From Methanothermobacter thermautotrophicus str. Delta H (lineage in GTDB: Archaea; Methanobacteriota; Methanobacteria; Methanobacteriales; Methanothermobacteraceae): DNA of 32,000 nt. Within the stretch, counting starts at the first letter, position 1, and the number at the start of each line of letters is the position of its first letter. The notes below the pieces were generated by a model. That model saw nothing but the letters and a program-made list of their open reading frames with translations, did no database searches and was not told where the DNA came from. The position numbers and the translations under genes are program-made. The stretch lies in the NCBI RefSeq assembly GCF_000008645.1, contig NC_000916.1, positions 1,320,001 to 1,352,000 on the forward strand. Direction: 5' to 3'. Shown here one piece after another: positions 1-7,692 of this stretch.

Positions 1-227
1 GGGCTGAGCTCCACCGGCATCTCGCATGAGCTGTTTATACAGTACCTGCAGTCATTGCAGCACCTGTTGGTGAGGAGCACCTTGAAGAGGGGGACCCTGC
101 AGCCCCTGTAACTGGTGTAGTAGATGCCAGGGACAGCTGTATTTCGCTGTGATGGGTCAGCACTGTAATCACACAGGTCAAACTGGGCGCTGTCACTTAG
201 TACCTGGACCCTTTCACCGAGACTCAT
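1..227 (-). CDS. Radical SAM protein, N-terminal fragment (putative DNA modification/repair radical SAM family); gene continues past the left edge
   Basis: Edge-truncated, so absent from the ORF track. Reverse-strand ATG at 227..225 opens MSLGERVQVLSDSAQFDLCDYSADPSQRNTAVPGIYYTSYRGCRVPLFKVLLTNRCCNDCRYCINSSCEMPVELS, open to base 1. It has a CxxxCxxC cluster motif (C-CND-C-RY-C) preceded by FKVLLTN. I associate that arrangement with the radical SAM family usually paired with a UDG-like gene. Confidence 0.7.
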   Translation of the reverse strand, partial: MSLGERVQVLSDSAQFDLCDYSADPSQRNTAVPGIYYTSYRGCRVPLFKVLLTNRCCNDCRYCINSSCEMPVELS

Positions 228-272
228 GGAGGTATATATGTGGAGGCTTCTATTAATTATTTTACCAGTACA

Positions 273-311
273 TGGACTGCCAGATTTTACCATTAGATTG
301 GACTGCCAGAT
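273..311. repeat. 13-bp direct repeat TGGACTGCCAGAT x2 (273-285 and 299-311), each followed by ACCATTA
   Basis: Exact 13/13 match read directly from the sequence, 26-bp period. ACCATTA follows at 289-295 and 324-330. Lies in the AT-rich intergenic region between the divergent radical SAM gene and the zinc-ribbon gene. Function unknown. Confidence 0.6.
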
Positions 312-835
312 GACCAGAAATTAACCATTAAATGAGTTTTAATGACAGTTGGATATATGAACATTTTAACGGCTATTTCACAATTTAAACCACCGAATCA
401 GGCACGAAATTCGAATCAGACCTCTAAATGATCCAGATGGATTTTGCAGCCTCTTTCAGTATAATCCATTGGACCATCGCAACCAGAAAGGAGCTTAAAA
501 TGACTTATTTTTCGAAAAAGACGATTTAGATTGTCAAAGAGGTTTAAAGGGGAAATAAAAATGACACATCCATTATCAGCATATTTGAAAAAGGATTAAA
601 AGGTTTTAATTGAAAAAAAGAGTTTTATGATGCCTTATTTTTTGATTTGGAGGCAAAATATTTATATATGGCTTCGCAGTTATATTCCTACCATCCAGAG
701 GGAACGATAAACGTATTTCTGGATTGGAGGCGGTACAATTAAGCGATTTTTTATTACATCCCTGTTCCTCCTTCCCATGGTAGCAGCAGGTGTGGCTGCT
801 TCCCATGATGCGGAGGATGGAAGAACTTTGTAACC

Positions 836-1228
836 GTGAAGCCGGTTAAGGTTGCTGCAGCAAAGCACACCTACAAGAAAAAGAGGGTTCATACAAAGGC
901 CTACTACAGGAAGAAGGTCTACAAGAGGAAACACGTCAGGGCCTACAGACGCATATCCCGTGATGTGGGAGCATCTTACCACAGGGTAACTTCACAGTAC
1001 GTTGAATCGGTGGGTAGATGTTCATGCTCACTCCACACAGACTACGCTGAACACAGGGCTGCCTTCAGGAACCACTGCCCCTTCTGTGGCAGGGACGGTA
1101 CACTGAGGTATGAGAAGGGTCCCACCTGTCCAGAGGGTATGTGGGTATGCAGTCACTGTGACGCGGATTTCTGTCTTGTACATGGAAAGTCCCACACAGC
1201 AAGGGCAAGGTACCTTATCAGGTGCTGA
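836..1228 (+). CDS. Small basic Cys/His-rich (zinc-ribbon-like) protein, function unknown
   Basis: 130-codon ORF. The only available start is GTG 836, because the frame is closed upstream by TGA at 806-808. The N-terminal 40 aa are K/R/H/Y-rich (KHTYKKKRVHTKAYYRKKVYKRKHVRAYRR). The C-terminal half has CSC, HCPFC and CSHCDADFC-LVHGKSH, i.e. paired CxxC knuckles typical of zinc ribbons. A hairpin plus T-run follows. Confidence 0.55.
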   Translation: MKPVKVAAAKHTYKKKRVHTKAYYRKKVYKRKHVRAYRRISRDVGASYHRVTSQYVESVGRCSCSLHTDYAEHRAAFRNHCPFCGRDGTLRYEKGPTCPEGMWVCSHCDADFCLVHGKSHTARARYLIRC

Positions 1229-1279
1229 TGCAGTCTCTAAACTCCATCATCTTCTGTCGGCCGCAGGGTATCTTACGGG

Positions 1280-1311
1280 GCTGATGCATTCCATCAGCTC
1301 CGGTCATTTTT
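1280..1311 (+). terminator. Hairpin (GCTGATG-cattc-CATCAGC) followed by a T5 run; putative terminator of the zinc-ribbon gene
   Basis: 7-bp perfect stem at 1280-1286 / 1292-1298 with a 5-nt loop, then T-run 1307-1311 and further T-rich sequence. Located 50 nt after the stop at 1228. Archaeal termination is typically at oligo-T. Confidence 0.45.
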
Positions 1312-1360
1312 CTCTGTTTGTTACAAATAATTTAAATAAATTGAGCGCTGACCATCATAC

Positions 1361-2704
1361 ATGAGAGTTGTACTTGCAGGGACAGGGAGTGCGGTTGGTA
1401 AGACCACAATAGCAACAGGGATAATGAAGGCGCTCTCAGGTAGAGGCGTGCAGCCCTTCAAGGTTGGCCCAGACTACATAGACCCATCCTATCATACCAT
1501 GGCCACCGGCAACACCTCAAGGAACATTGACTCATTCTTCATGACAGAGGCCCAGATAAGGGAGGCATTCACAAGGGCCATGAAATTATCAGGATCCAGG
1601 ATGGGCATAATAGAGGGTGTAAGGGGATTATATGAGGGTATAAGCCCGATAGGAGATACAGGAAGTACGGCATCAGTTGCAAAGGCACTCGATGCTCCGG
1701 TTGTCCTTATAATAAACTCAAGGAGCCTTGTTAAGAGCGCTGCAGCAATGGTCCTAGGATTCAGAAGCCTCGACAGGGAGGTTAAAATAGAGGGCGTCAT
1801 ACTGAACCAGGTCAAGAACAGGAGGCACTACCTCAAGACCAGAAGGGCCGTGGAGGAACTGACCGGCACAGCGGTTATTGGGGGCATACCCCGCAGCAGT
1901 GAACTCGAGGTTGAACAGAGACACCTCGGCCTTGTCCCTGCAGTTGAGAGGGATACCATAGCAGCCCAAATCGAGAAGTGGGGCCTTGCAATGGAGGAGT
2001 ACATTGACCTGGAGGCCCTTCAGGATATAATGTCCTCCGCAGGGAAGATAAGGGGTGAAAGGCAACCTCTCTGGCAGAGGGGAAACAGAAAGAGGGTTAG
2101 GATAGGTGTTGCCATCGACGAGGCCTTTAACTTCTACTACCAGGAGAACATTGAGGCCCTTGAGGACAACGCAGCATCTGTGGTTCCCTTCAGCCCCATA
2201 CACGACGAGGAGCTTCCAGATGTTGACGCCGTCTACATCGGTGGGGGATACCCCGAGATCTTTGCAGCGGAACTTGAATCCAACACCTCAATGAGGAAGT
2301 CCATCCAGAGGTTCCATGCAGATGGGAGACCTATCTTCGGGGAATGCGGTGGCCTCATGTACCTCATGAGTTCAATCGATGAACGTGAAATGTGCGGTGT
2401 TTTCCCACACCCCGCTGAAATGACAGGACGCGTCCAGGGATTGAGTTACGTGATAGCCGAGGCAGTGATGGATAACCTGATCACAGAGGCCGGTGATAAA
2501 TTCAGGGGACATGAGTTCCACTACTCAAGGGTCCTGGGGGCTTCAGGCGGAAAATTCGCCTTCAGGGTCCTCCGGGGGAGGGGGATAGTGGATTCCCTTG
2601 ATGGTATCACATCAGGCTCATCCCTTGCAAGCTACATCCACATACATGCCGCATCCTGCCCACAGTTTGCTGCAAATTTCACAAGGAATGCCTGGGAGTT
2701 TTAG
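1361..2704 (+). CDS. Cobyrinate / Ni-sirohydrochlorin a,c-diamide synthase family amidotransferase (CbiA/CfbB family; paralog not resolvable from sequence alone)
   Basis: 447 aa. N-terminal P-loop [11 protein letters not shown] (CobB/CobQ/MinD-type ATPase domain). C-terminal glutamine amidotransferase-like domain with nucleophile motif [11 protein letters not shown] and HEFHYS. Length and architecture fit CbiA/CobB/CfbB. AT-rich TATA-like element (TTTAAATAA) about 25-30 nt upstream of the ATG. Confidence 0.85.
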   Translation: MRVVLAGTGSAVGKTTIATGIMKALSGRGVQPFKVGPDYIDPSYHTMATGNTSRNIDSFFMTEAQIREAFTRAMKLSGSRMGIIEGVRGLYEGISPIGDTGSTASVAKALDAPVVLIINSRSLVKSAAAMVLGFRSLDREVKIEGVILNQVKNRRHYLKTRRAVEELTGTAVIGGIPRSSELEVEQRHLGLVPAVERDTIAAQIEKWGLAMEEYIDLEALQDIMSSAGKIRGERQPLWQRGNRKRVRIGVAIDEAFNFYYQENIEALEDNAASVVPFSPIHDEELPDVDAVYIGGGYPEIFAAELESNTSMRKSIQRFHADGRPIFGECGGLMYLMSSIDEREMCGVFPHPAEMTGRVQGLSYVIAEAVMDNLITEAGDKFRGHEFHYSRVLGASGGKFAFRVLRGRGIVDSLDGITSGSSLASYIHIHAASCPQFAANFTRNAWEF

Positions 2705-2744
2705 CATGGAGGGATTTCTGCTGATCCAGAAGGGGGGGCCATAA

Positions 2745-3824
2745 ATGAGGTTTGATGTGTTTTCACCATACTCAGTGGTGGCTGTCATTATAATCTACCT
2801 TTCCCTGGCACTGACCGGAACCGGACTCGGCCTGAGGGGACTTGAACCACCTTCAGCCCTTTCCATCATATACATTGCCACCGGAACGGTCGCCCTCATT
2901 GGAGGTGTTTACCTATCATCAGGGTTCAGGATAGGGAAGATAAGGACCCATGAAGGTTCCGAACCATTCCTCGTGGCTTTAGTGATTGCCGGAATTCTCA
3001 TCCAGGCAATTAACCTGTATCTTCTGGGGGGAATCCCACTCCTAAGCGGATACCTCAAGGCAAGGGCTGTCACAAAGTTATGGTTCATCTCATACCTGTT
3101 ATTCCTCCCATCCATCAACATACTCCTGGCAGCGTATCCACGGAGGAAATACTACATCCCCCTCATCATGGGGGCCATTCTCTTCGCCCTCACAGGTTAC
3201 AGGACAACTGTGGTGGTCATACTCCTCAGCGGCACCATAACCCTCTACTATTCAGCCAGGCCCTCCTGGAGGGAACTGGGAGTTTTAATCTCTGCGCTTG
3301 CAGTTGCAGCTCTTCTTGTTGGCTACGTTGCAGTTAAATCCATTGAGTGGCAGACCTGGACCCTTAACCCGGTGGAACTTCTCCTCTACAGGGCAGGCTA
3401 CACCCTCACAGTCTTTGACAGGATAATATCCCTGCAAGGTGCAACAGGCGGCAAACTTCTCTATTACACCCTGACAGGGTACATCCACTCCACCGACCCC
3501 AGGGCAATCGTTGGGGAGGTTGTACTGGGTTACAGCCACTCCACAACATCCACGATTTTTGGACCATCCCTCCTCGATTTCGGATTACATGCAATGCTTT
3601 TCCAGATGTTTATACTGGGCCTGCTTCTGGGGCTCATGCACCGAATTCAGGGAGTTCTCGACGGCTTTTTCACGGGTATATACTCCATCATACTGGCCCA
3701 GACAATTGTATGGGTTGAAACGGGACCCACGGACCTTGTGGTCTGGGTATTCTACCTTATAGGATTCATATCAGCAATATACGTTCTCTGGAGGTGTTAC
3801 TCTGAGGCTGGCAGTTGCAGCTGA
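2745..3824 (+). CDS. Polytopic integral membrane protein, possibly a Wzy-like oligosaccharide repeat-unit polymerase
   Basis: 359 aa with about 10 hydrophobic helices (e.g. VVAVIIIYLSLALTGTGLGL, FLVALVIAGILIQAINLYLLGG, MLFQMFILGLLLGLM). G-rich SD (GGGGGG) 6 nt before the ATG. The CDS is secure. The polymerase assignment rests only on topology and size and is weak. Confidence 0.5.
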   Translation: MRFDVFSPYSVVAVIIIYLSLALTGTGLGLRGLEPPSALSIIYIATGTVALIGGVYLSSGFRIGKIRTHEGSEPFLVALVIAGILIQAINLYLLGGIPLLSGYLKARAVTKLWFISYLLFLPSINILLAAYPRRKYYIPLIMGAILFALTGYRTTVVVILLSGTITLYYSARPSWRELGVLISALAVAALLVGYVAVKSIEWQTWTLNPVELLLYRAGYTLTVFDRIISLQGATGGKLLYYTLTGYIHSTDPRAIVGEVVLGYSHSTTSTIFGPSLLDFGLHAMLFQMFILGLLLGLMHRIQGVLDGFFTGIYSIILAQTIVWVETGPTDLVVWVFYLIGFISAIYVLWRCYSEAGSCS

Positions 3825-3825
3825 A

Positions 3826-4842
3826 ATGGCCCCTGCGAAGACATTCCACCCCCTGATGGAAGACACTGAACATGATTATCACTGCCTCTGTCATGGCGAT
3901 GGTGTTAGGGAGATCCTTGATGGCCTCTGTTCACGATTCTATTCCATGGGTGCAGGCAGGAGCCGGTCAGGGAGGGCGGTTGAGGTTGGAGCACTTGTCC
4001 TGAGGGACATCATGAGGACCTGGAGGCACCTCGGGGTGATAGAGCCTGACATGGTCCTCACATGTGGAAATGCCGGCGATGTCAGGAAGGCCATAGCAGC
4101 TTCACGTCTCAGGGGTATCGGTGTCCTCCACGTTGAACAGGATATCTACAACCCCATCGAGATGATAGCCTTCGCAGACATTGTAACGGCACCTTCAGGA
4201 CGCTACAGGGATTACCTTGAGGACCAGTACCTCCTTGAGAATGTTGAGGTCATCGGAGGATACCCCCACGCCCTCTATGTGAGCCGCCTCCAGATCGTAG
4301 ACCCGGGGATAAGGGACTACACCCTCCTTGTACTTGGCGGGGACCTGAGGAGAAGGGACATACCGGAGGTGATCTCAGGGGTTGAAGCACTTGACAGGAG
4401 AGTCCTGGTTGTCCCGTTCCGTTTCAGCCCGGATTATGTCAGGAGCTTTGTAAAATCTGGCAACGTGGAGGTACTTGAGGGCTTCGTTGACCTTCCCTCC
4501 CTCATGAGCGCCGCTGACCTCATGGTATACGGTGCCGGAATGGGCATCACAATCGAGGCGGCGGTACTGGGTGTCCCCTCCATCAAGATTAAGGGCTTCC
4601 ACGGGAGGCATGCCAGTGTTGACCTCGCCGGTGAGGTGGGGATACCGGTTGCTGATGCTGGTGATCTGAGGGATGTGGTGGATGATGTCAGACCACCAGC
4701 AGCATCAGACATTGTCAGAAACGCTGAAGCTGCTTTAAGCAAGCTTTCAGAACTTGTAGAAGATTTTAATGAATTTGCCGGTCCCAGAGGTGGTTTTAAG
4801 TCCATGAAACGAATCTGGGATGCCCGCAAACATTTCAGGTAG
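3826..4842 (+). CDS. GT-B-fold-like protein (glycosyltransferase / DUF354 / epimerase-like), function uncertain
   Basis: 338 aa. Its ATG lies 1 nt after the stop of the upstream membrane protein (TGAAATG), implying co-translation. C-terminal motif ADLMVYGAGMGITIEAAVLGVPSI resembles the nucleotide-sugar-binding helix of GT-B enzymes (MurG/GT1/DUF354 pattern G-x-G-T-x-x-E-A-x-x-x-G-x-P). The N-terminal 60 aa are atypical. Confidence 0.45.
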   Translation: MAPAKTFHPLMEDTEHDYHCLCHGDGVREILDGLCSRFYSMGAGRSRSGRAVEVGALVLRDIMRTWRHLGVIEPDMVLTCGNAGDVRKAIAASRLRGIGVLHVEQDIYNPIEMIAFADIVTAPSGRYRDYLEDQYLLENVEVIGGYPHALYVSRLQIVDPGIRDYTLLVLGGDLRRRDIPEVISGVEALDRRVLVVPFRFSPDYVRSFVKSGNVEVLEGFVDLPSLMSAADLMVYGAGMGITIEAAVLGVPSIKIKGFHGRHASVDLAGEVGIPVADAGDLRDVVDDVRPPAASDIVRNAEAALSKLSELVEDFNEFAGPRGGFKSMKRIWDARKHFR

Positions 4843-4970
4843 GTTGTTCTGGCTGTCTGCGCACCTCTTCTTTCTGGTAGTCCTCTTCTCATATTCTCAG
4901 CTGATTGTTTCTCTGGAGATCCCTGAGGTTCTTCCATATTCCACAGATCACCAACATTTATTAATAACAT

Positions 4971-4988
4971 TTAATAATTAATTATTAA
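4971..4988. promoter_or_regulatory. Perfect 18-bp AT-only palindrome TTAATAATTAATTATTAA in the C39 peptidase promoter region, preceded by a tandem AACATTTA(T)TAATAA duplication
   Basis: Read directly: 4971-4988 is its own reverse complement. AACATTTATTAATAACATTTAATAA lies just upstream (about 4954-4978). It is 29 nt upstream of the likely ATG at 5017, so it overlaps where a TATA box is expected. Low sequence complexity limits significance. Confidence 0.3.
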
Positions 4989-5016
4989 CATCAGTATTAA
5001 AATGGAGGTTTTTGTT

Positions 5017-5430
5017 ATGAGCACATCTCTGGGTGATGAGGTTATAGTCATGCAGAGCAGGAGCTACAGCTGTGGACCGGCAGCGCTTGCAACGGTCCTC
5101 AGAAACCTTGGAGTGAACTGTACCGAGGCAGAACTTGCAGAACTTGCAGGTACAGACGAATCAGGTACCACAATGTATGGACTGATCGTTGCAGCAACTT
5201 CAAAGGGCCTGAGAGCAAGGGGAGTTAAAATGGAACTCAATGATCTTAGAAAAAACCACATAGTCTTTGTTAAGTATGGAGACACATGTCACTACACAGT
5301 CATCATGTCCATGGATGAGAGAAATGTCACACTTGCAGACCCTGCACTTGGGAGGATCACAGTTAAGAGGGAGATATTTTCAAGGATCTTCACGGGCAAT
5401 GTCCTTGTTGTTGAAAGACCCTGTGATTAA
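5017..5430 (+). CDS. Stand-alone peptidase C39-like cysteine protease domain protein
   Basis: The ORF track starts at 5002, but GGAGGT at 5004-5009 sits 7 nt before ATG 5017, favouring a 137-aa product. It matches the C39 pattern along its whole length: Q13, SCGPAALATVLRNLG (Cys19), GTTMYGLIVAA, CHYTVIM (His92), LADPALG (Asp108), and an FSRIFTGNVLVVE tail. No signal peptide and no fused ABC transporter. Confidence 0.8.
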   Translation: MSTSLGDEVIVMQSRSYSCGPAALATVLRNLGVNCTEAELAELAGTDESGTTMYGLIVAATSKGLRARGVKMELNDLRKNHIVFVKYGDTCHYTVIMSMDERNVTLADPALGRITVKREIFSRIFTGNVLVVERPCD

Positions 5431-5598
5431 TAAATTCAATATTAAATTAAATGATTAAAATATTATTTATAATTTGAATTTTAACCATCCGCATCCCAGC
5501 AACCGTGAAAAATATACTACTGATATAAAAGCTTAATCATAATCTTTAAATCATAAAATACTTAATAAGGTGCAAAATAATAAGATTCTGGTGATCTA

Positions 5599-6429
5599 AT
5601 GGTTGTAAAAATTGGGATAATAAGATGCGGTAACATCGGGACCTCACCGGTACTTGACCTGTTACTAGATGAGAGGGCCGACAGGCCAAACATAGATGTC
5701 TGTGTGGTTGGTTCTGGTGCAAAGATGAACCCTGATGAAATTGAGAGGGCAGTACCCACCATGCTTGAAATGGACAGGGACTTTGTTATATTTATAAGTC
5801 CAAACCCCGGTGCACCGGGCCCTGCAAAGGCAAGGGAACTCCTATCAGAGGCTGACGTCCCTGCCATGATAATTGGTGACGCTCCAGGTCTGAGGGTAAA
5901 GGATGAAATAGAGGAACAGGGACTCGGTTACATCATAGTTAAGGCGGACCCAATGATAGGTGCCAGGAGGGAGTTCCTGGACCCAACAGAGATGGCATCC
6001 TTCAACTCCGACGTTATAAAGGTTCTGGCGTTCACAGGTGCATACAGGGTCGTTCAGAACACAATTGATGCCATGATTGCCGATGTTGAGGCTGGAAAGG
6101 CTCCTGAACTTCCACAGGTTGTTATAGATACCGACGTGGCTGTTGAGGCAGCAGGATATGAGAACCCATATGCAAAGGCCAAGGCCATGGCAGCATATGA
6201 GATAGCCACCAAGGTTGCAGATATAGACGTTAAGGGCTGCTTCATGGTGCAGGATCCAGACAAGTACATACCAATAGTTGCATCAGCACATGAAATGCTG
6301 GCCGCAGCAGCCAAACTTGCAGTAGAAGCAAGGGAGATTGAAAAGGCCAACGACACCGTCCTCAGGACACCACACGGTAAAGAGGGCGAAACATTAAGCA
6401 AAACTGATCTTCTGGCCAAACCAGAATAG
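5599..6429 (+). CDS. mtd: F420-dependent methylenetetrahydromethanopterin dehydrogenase
   Basis: 276 aa: MVVKIGIIRCGNIGTSPVLDLLLDERADRPNIDV ... FISPNPGAPGP ... KADPMIGARREFLDPTEMA ... recognised as Mtd. GGTGAT SD 4 nt before the ATG. A long AT-rich promoter region (5431-5598) is consistent with a highly expressed methanogenesis gene. Confidence 0.95.
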   Translation: MVVKIGIIRCGNIGTSPVLDLLLDERADRPNIDVCVVGSGAKMNPDEIERAVPTMLEMDRDFVIFISPNPGAPGPAKARELLSEADVPAMIIGDAPGLRVKDEIEEQGLGYIIVKADPMIGARREFLDPTEMASFNSDVIKVLAFTGAYRVVQNTIDAMIADVEAGKAPELPQVVIDTDVAVEAAGYENPYAKAKAMAAYEIATKVADIDVKGCFMVQDPDKYIPIVASAHEMLAAAAKLAVEAREIEKANDTVLRTPHGKEGETLSKTDLLAKPE

Positions 6430-6453
6430 ATCAGTTCTGGTTTTACTTTTTTT
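6421..6453 (+). terminator. Hairpin CCAGAA-N8-TTCTGG followed by T4 and T7 runs; mtd terminator
   Basis: 6-bp stem at 6421-6426 / 6435-6440 overlapping the stop codon, then TTTTACTTTTTTT (6441-6453). Confidence 0.55.
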
Positions 6454-6555
6454 CTCCCTTTAATATAATTTTAGAGGTCTCAGCTGAAAAGACATCCACA
6501 CAAGTTTTGAAGTTCCACAGCAAAATGAAGTGGGGATGGAGAGGTTCAGATTAAC

Positions 6556-7331
6556 CTATTCTCCGGAGATGTATACCAGTTTACCATCCCTGTAGACCCT
6601 CAGTTCACCCTCCTGGAATTCTTCCCATTTTTCATTGGTCAGAGGATTGCTTGCGATGATGTAGCCCTCCTGGTCGGGTCTTTTCTCATGGGCAAGGTTT
6701 ATCTCGTAGTCATCGTCCAGGAGTTTCACTTTATCATAGGGTGCCCTTCGGTGCAGCTGGCAGAGACCATTGTATCCGGCATGGTCATGGTAACAGAAGA
6801 GATGCCTGCCATCGGATAGAAGGCAGTTGAATGTTCCGCGCTGGTTTATATCCCGCAGGAGGTCCCATAGCCACCTGTATTCTGATTCATCCTTGAATGT
6901 AACCCCCTTTTCGCTGATCTGGTTCATGATATGGCAAAAGGCTATCTCAGAGTCAGTTTCACCTACTGGCCGGTATCTTCCGTCTTCCAGGTTAAATTCT
7001 GCATTTAGGGTGCCATTGTGGGCGAATACATATTCTCTACCGTCCCACTCCCTCTGGAAGGATGGGTATCCTTGTGGGAGATCTCTCCACTGCTTTTAGT
7101 CCGGACATGGGACATTATGATGCTGGATCTGATAAGGTTATAGCCCTCCATGATCTCCGCCATAATGCTTTTTCTGGATTTTACTGGCTCCTTATACACC
7201 TGGACGGATTTGTCCGGATAGAAGGCAAGCCCCCATCCGTGGGGGTTGCGCTCTGATCTCATCCTGAAACCCCTCAAGGAGAAGGATGGCTGCACCTCCT
7301 GGTTGAAACACATTCCTAAAAGTTCACACAA
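6556..7331 (-). pseudogene. Class II (N-terminal nucleophile) glutamine amidotransferase, YafJ-like; reading frame broken by a 1-nt frameshift near 7056-7061
   Basis: Track ORFs 7005..7391 and 6556..6927 are two halves of one gene. The upstream half reads ..(L)CELLGMCFNQ..NPHGWGLAFY..SHVRTKS..DTHP. The other frame then continues FQREWDGREYVFAHNGTLNAEFNLEDGRYRPVGETDSEIAFCHIMNQISEKG... Adding one base in CATCCTTCC restores HPFQREW and gives 258 aa. The likely start is TTG 7331, directly before the catalytic Cys, with GGGGGTGA 6 nt upstream. Confidence 0.75.
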
Positions 7332-7582
7332 AACGTTCACCCCCATTCCAGTTGATAACCGCGATTTGCAGTCCTTCAATGATATGATCATGGCCGGTGA
7401 GCCTGATCCTGATACAATATATGTTAAAAAAGGTTAATAAATGTTTACAAATTAAGATTTGATATTATCAGTGAATGGATATACTTGAAGCGTGTCTGAT
7501 GTTTTCTGGGTCCCCATGGTGGTCTCTGGATGAACATGGCTGAGGCACAATCCACCATGGAGGTGACTCATGTTAATCAATG

Positions 7583-7589
7583 AAAAAAA
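7583..7589 (-). terminator. T7 run on the minus strand downstream of hisB (putative archaeal oligo-T terminator)
   Basis: Plus-strand A7 at 7583-7589 reads CCCCTTTTTTTC on the minus strand. It lies about 105 nt after the hisB stop and before the promoter region of the next minus-strand gene. Confidence 0.4.
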
Positions 7590-7692
7590 GGGGCTTACGG
7601 TTGCGTGGAGAGGTGCTTTACTGTTTCAGTGGAGCCGGAATGCCGGCTAAATTATCTGGAACTGGAGTTTTCATCCCATATCCTGTTCCATA

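Noticed and set aside
228-835. AT-rich repeat-bearing region as a replication origin
   Set aside because: There is no adjacent cdc6/orc1 gene. The repeats are only two copies each and do not resemble the multi-copy ORB / mini-ORB arrays expected at archaeal origins.
606-982. Minus-strand ORFs 606..806 and 680..982 in the AT-rich region
   Set aside because: They have no SD, odd Cys/His/Asn-rich or hydrophobic low-complexity translations, and overlap the start of the zinc-ribbon gene. They are more likely chance ORFs.
1110-1364. 84-aa ORF 1110..1364 bridging the zinc-ribbon gene and the CbiA-family gene
   Set aside because: It overlaps the 3' third of the zinc-ribbon ORF out of frame and runs through the terminator hairpin and promoter of the next gene. 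It has no SD.
4954-5598. C39 peptidase locus as a mobile genomic islet
   Set aside because: It has AT-rich flanks only. There are no flanking direct repeats, tRNA target, integrase or transposase. Foreign origin remains possible but unsupported.
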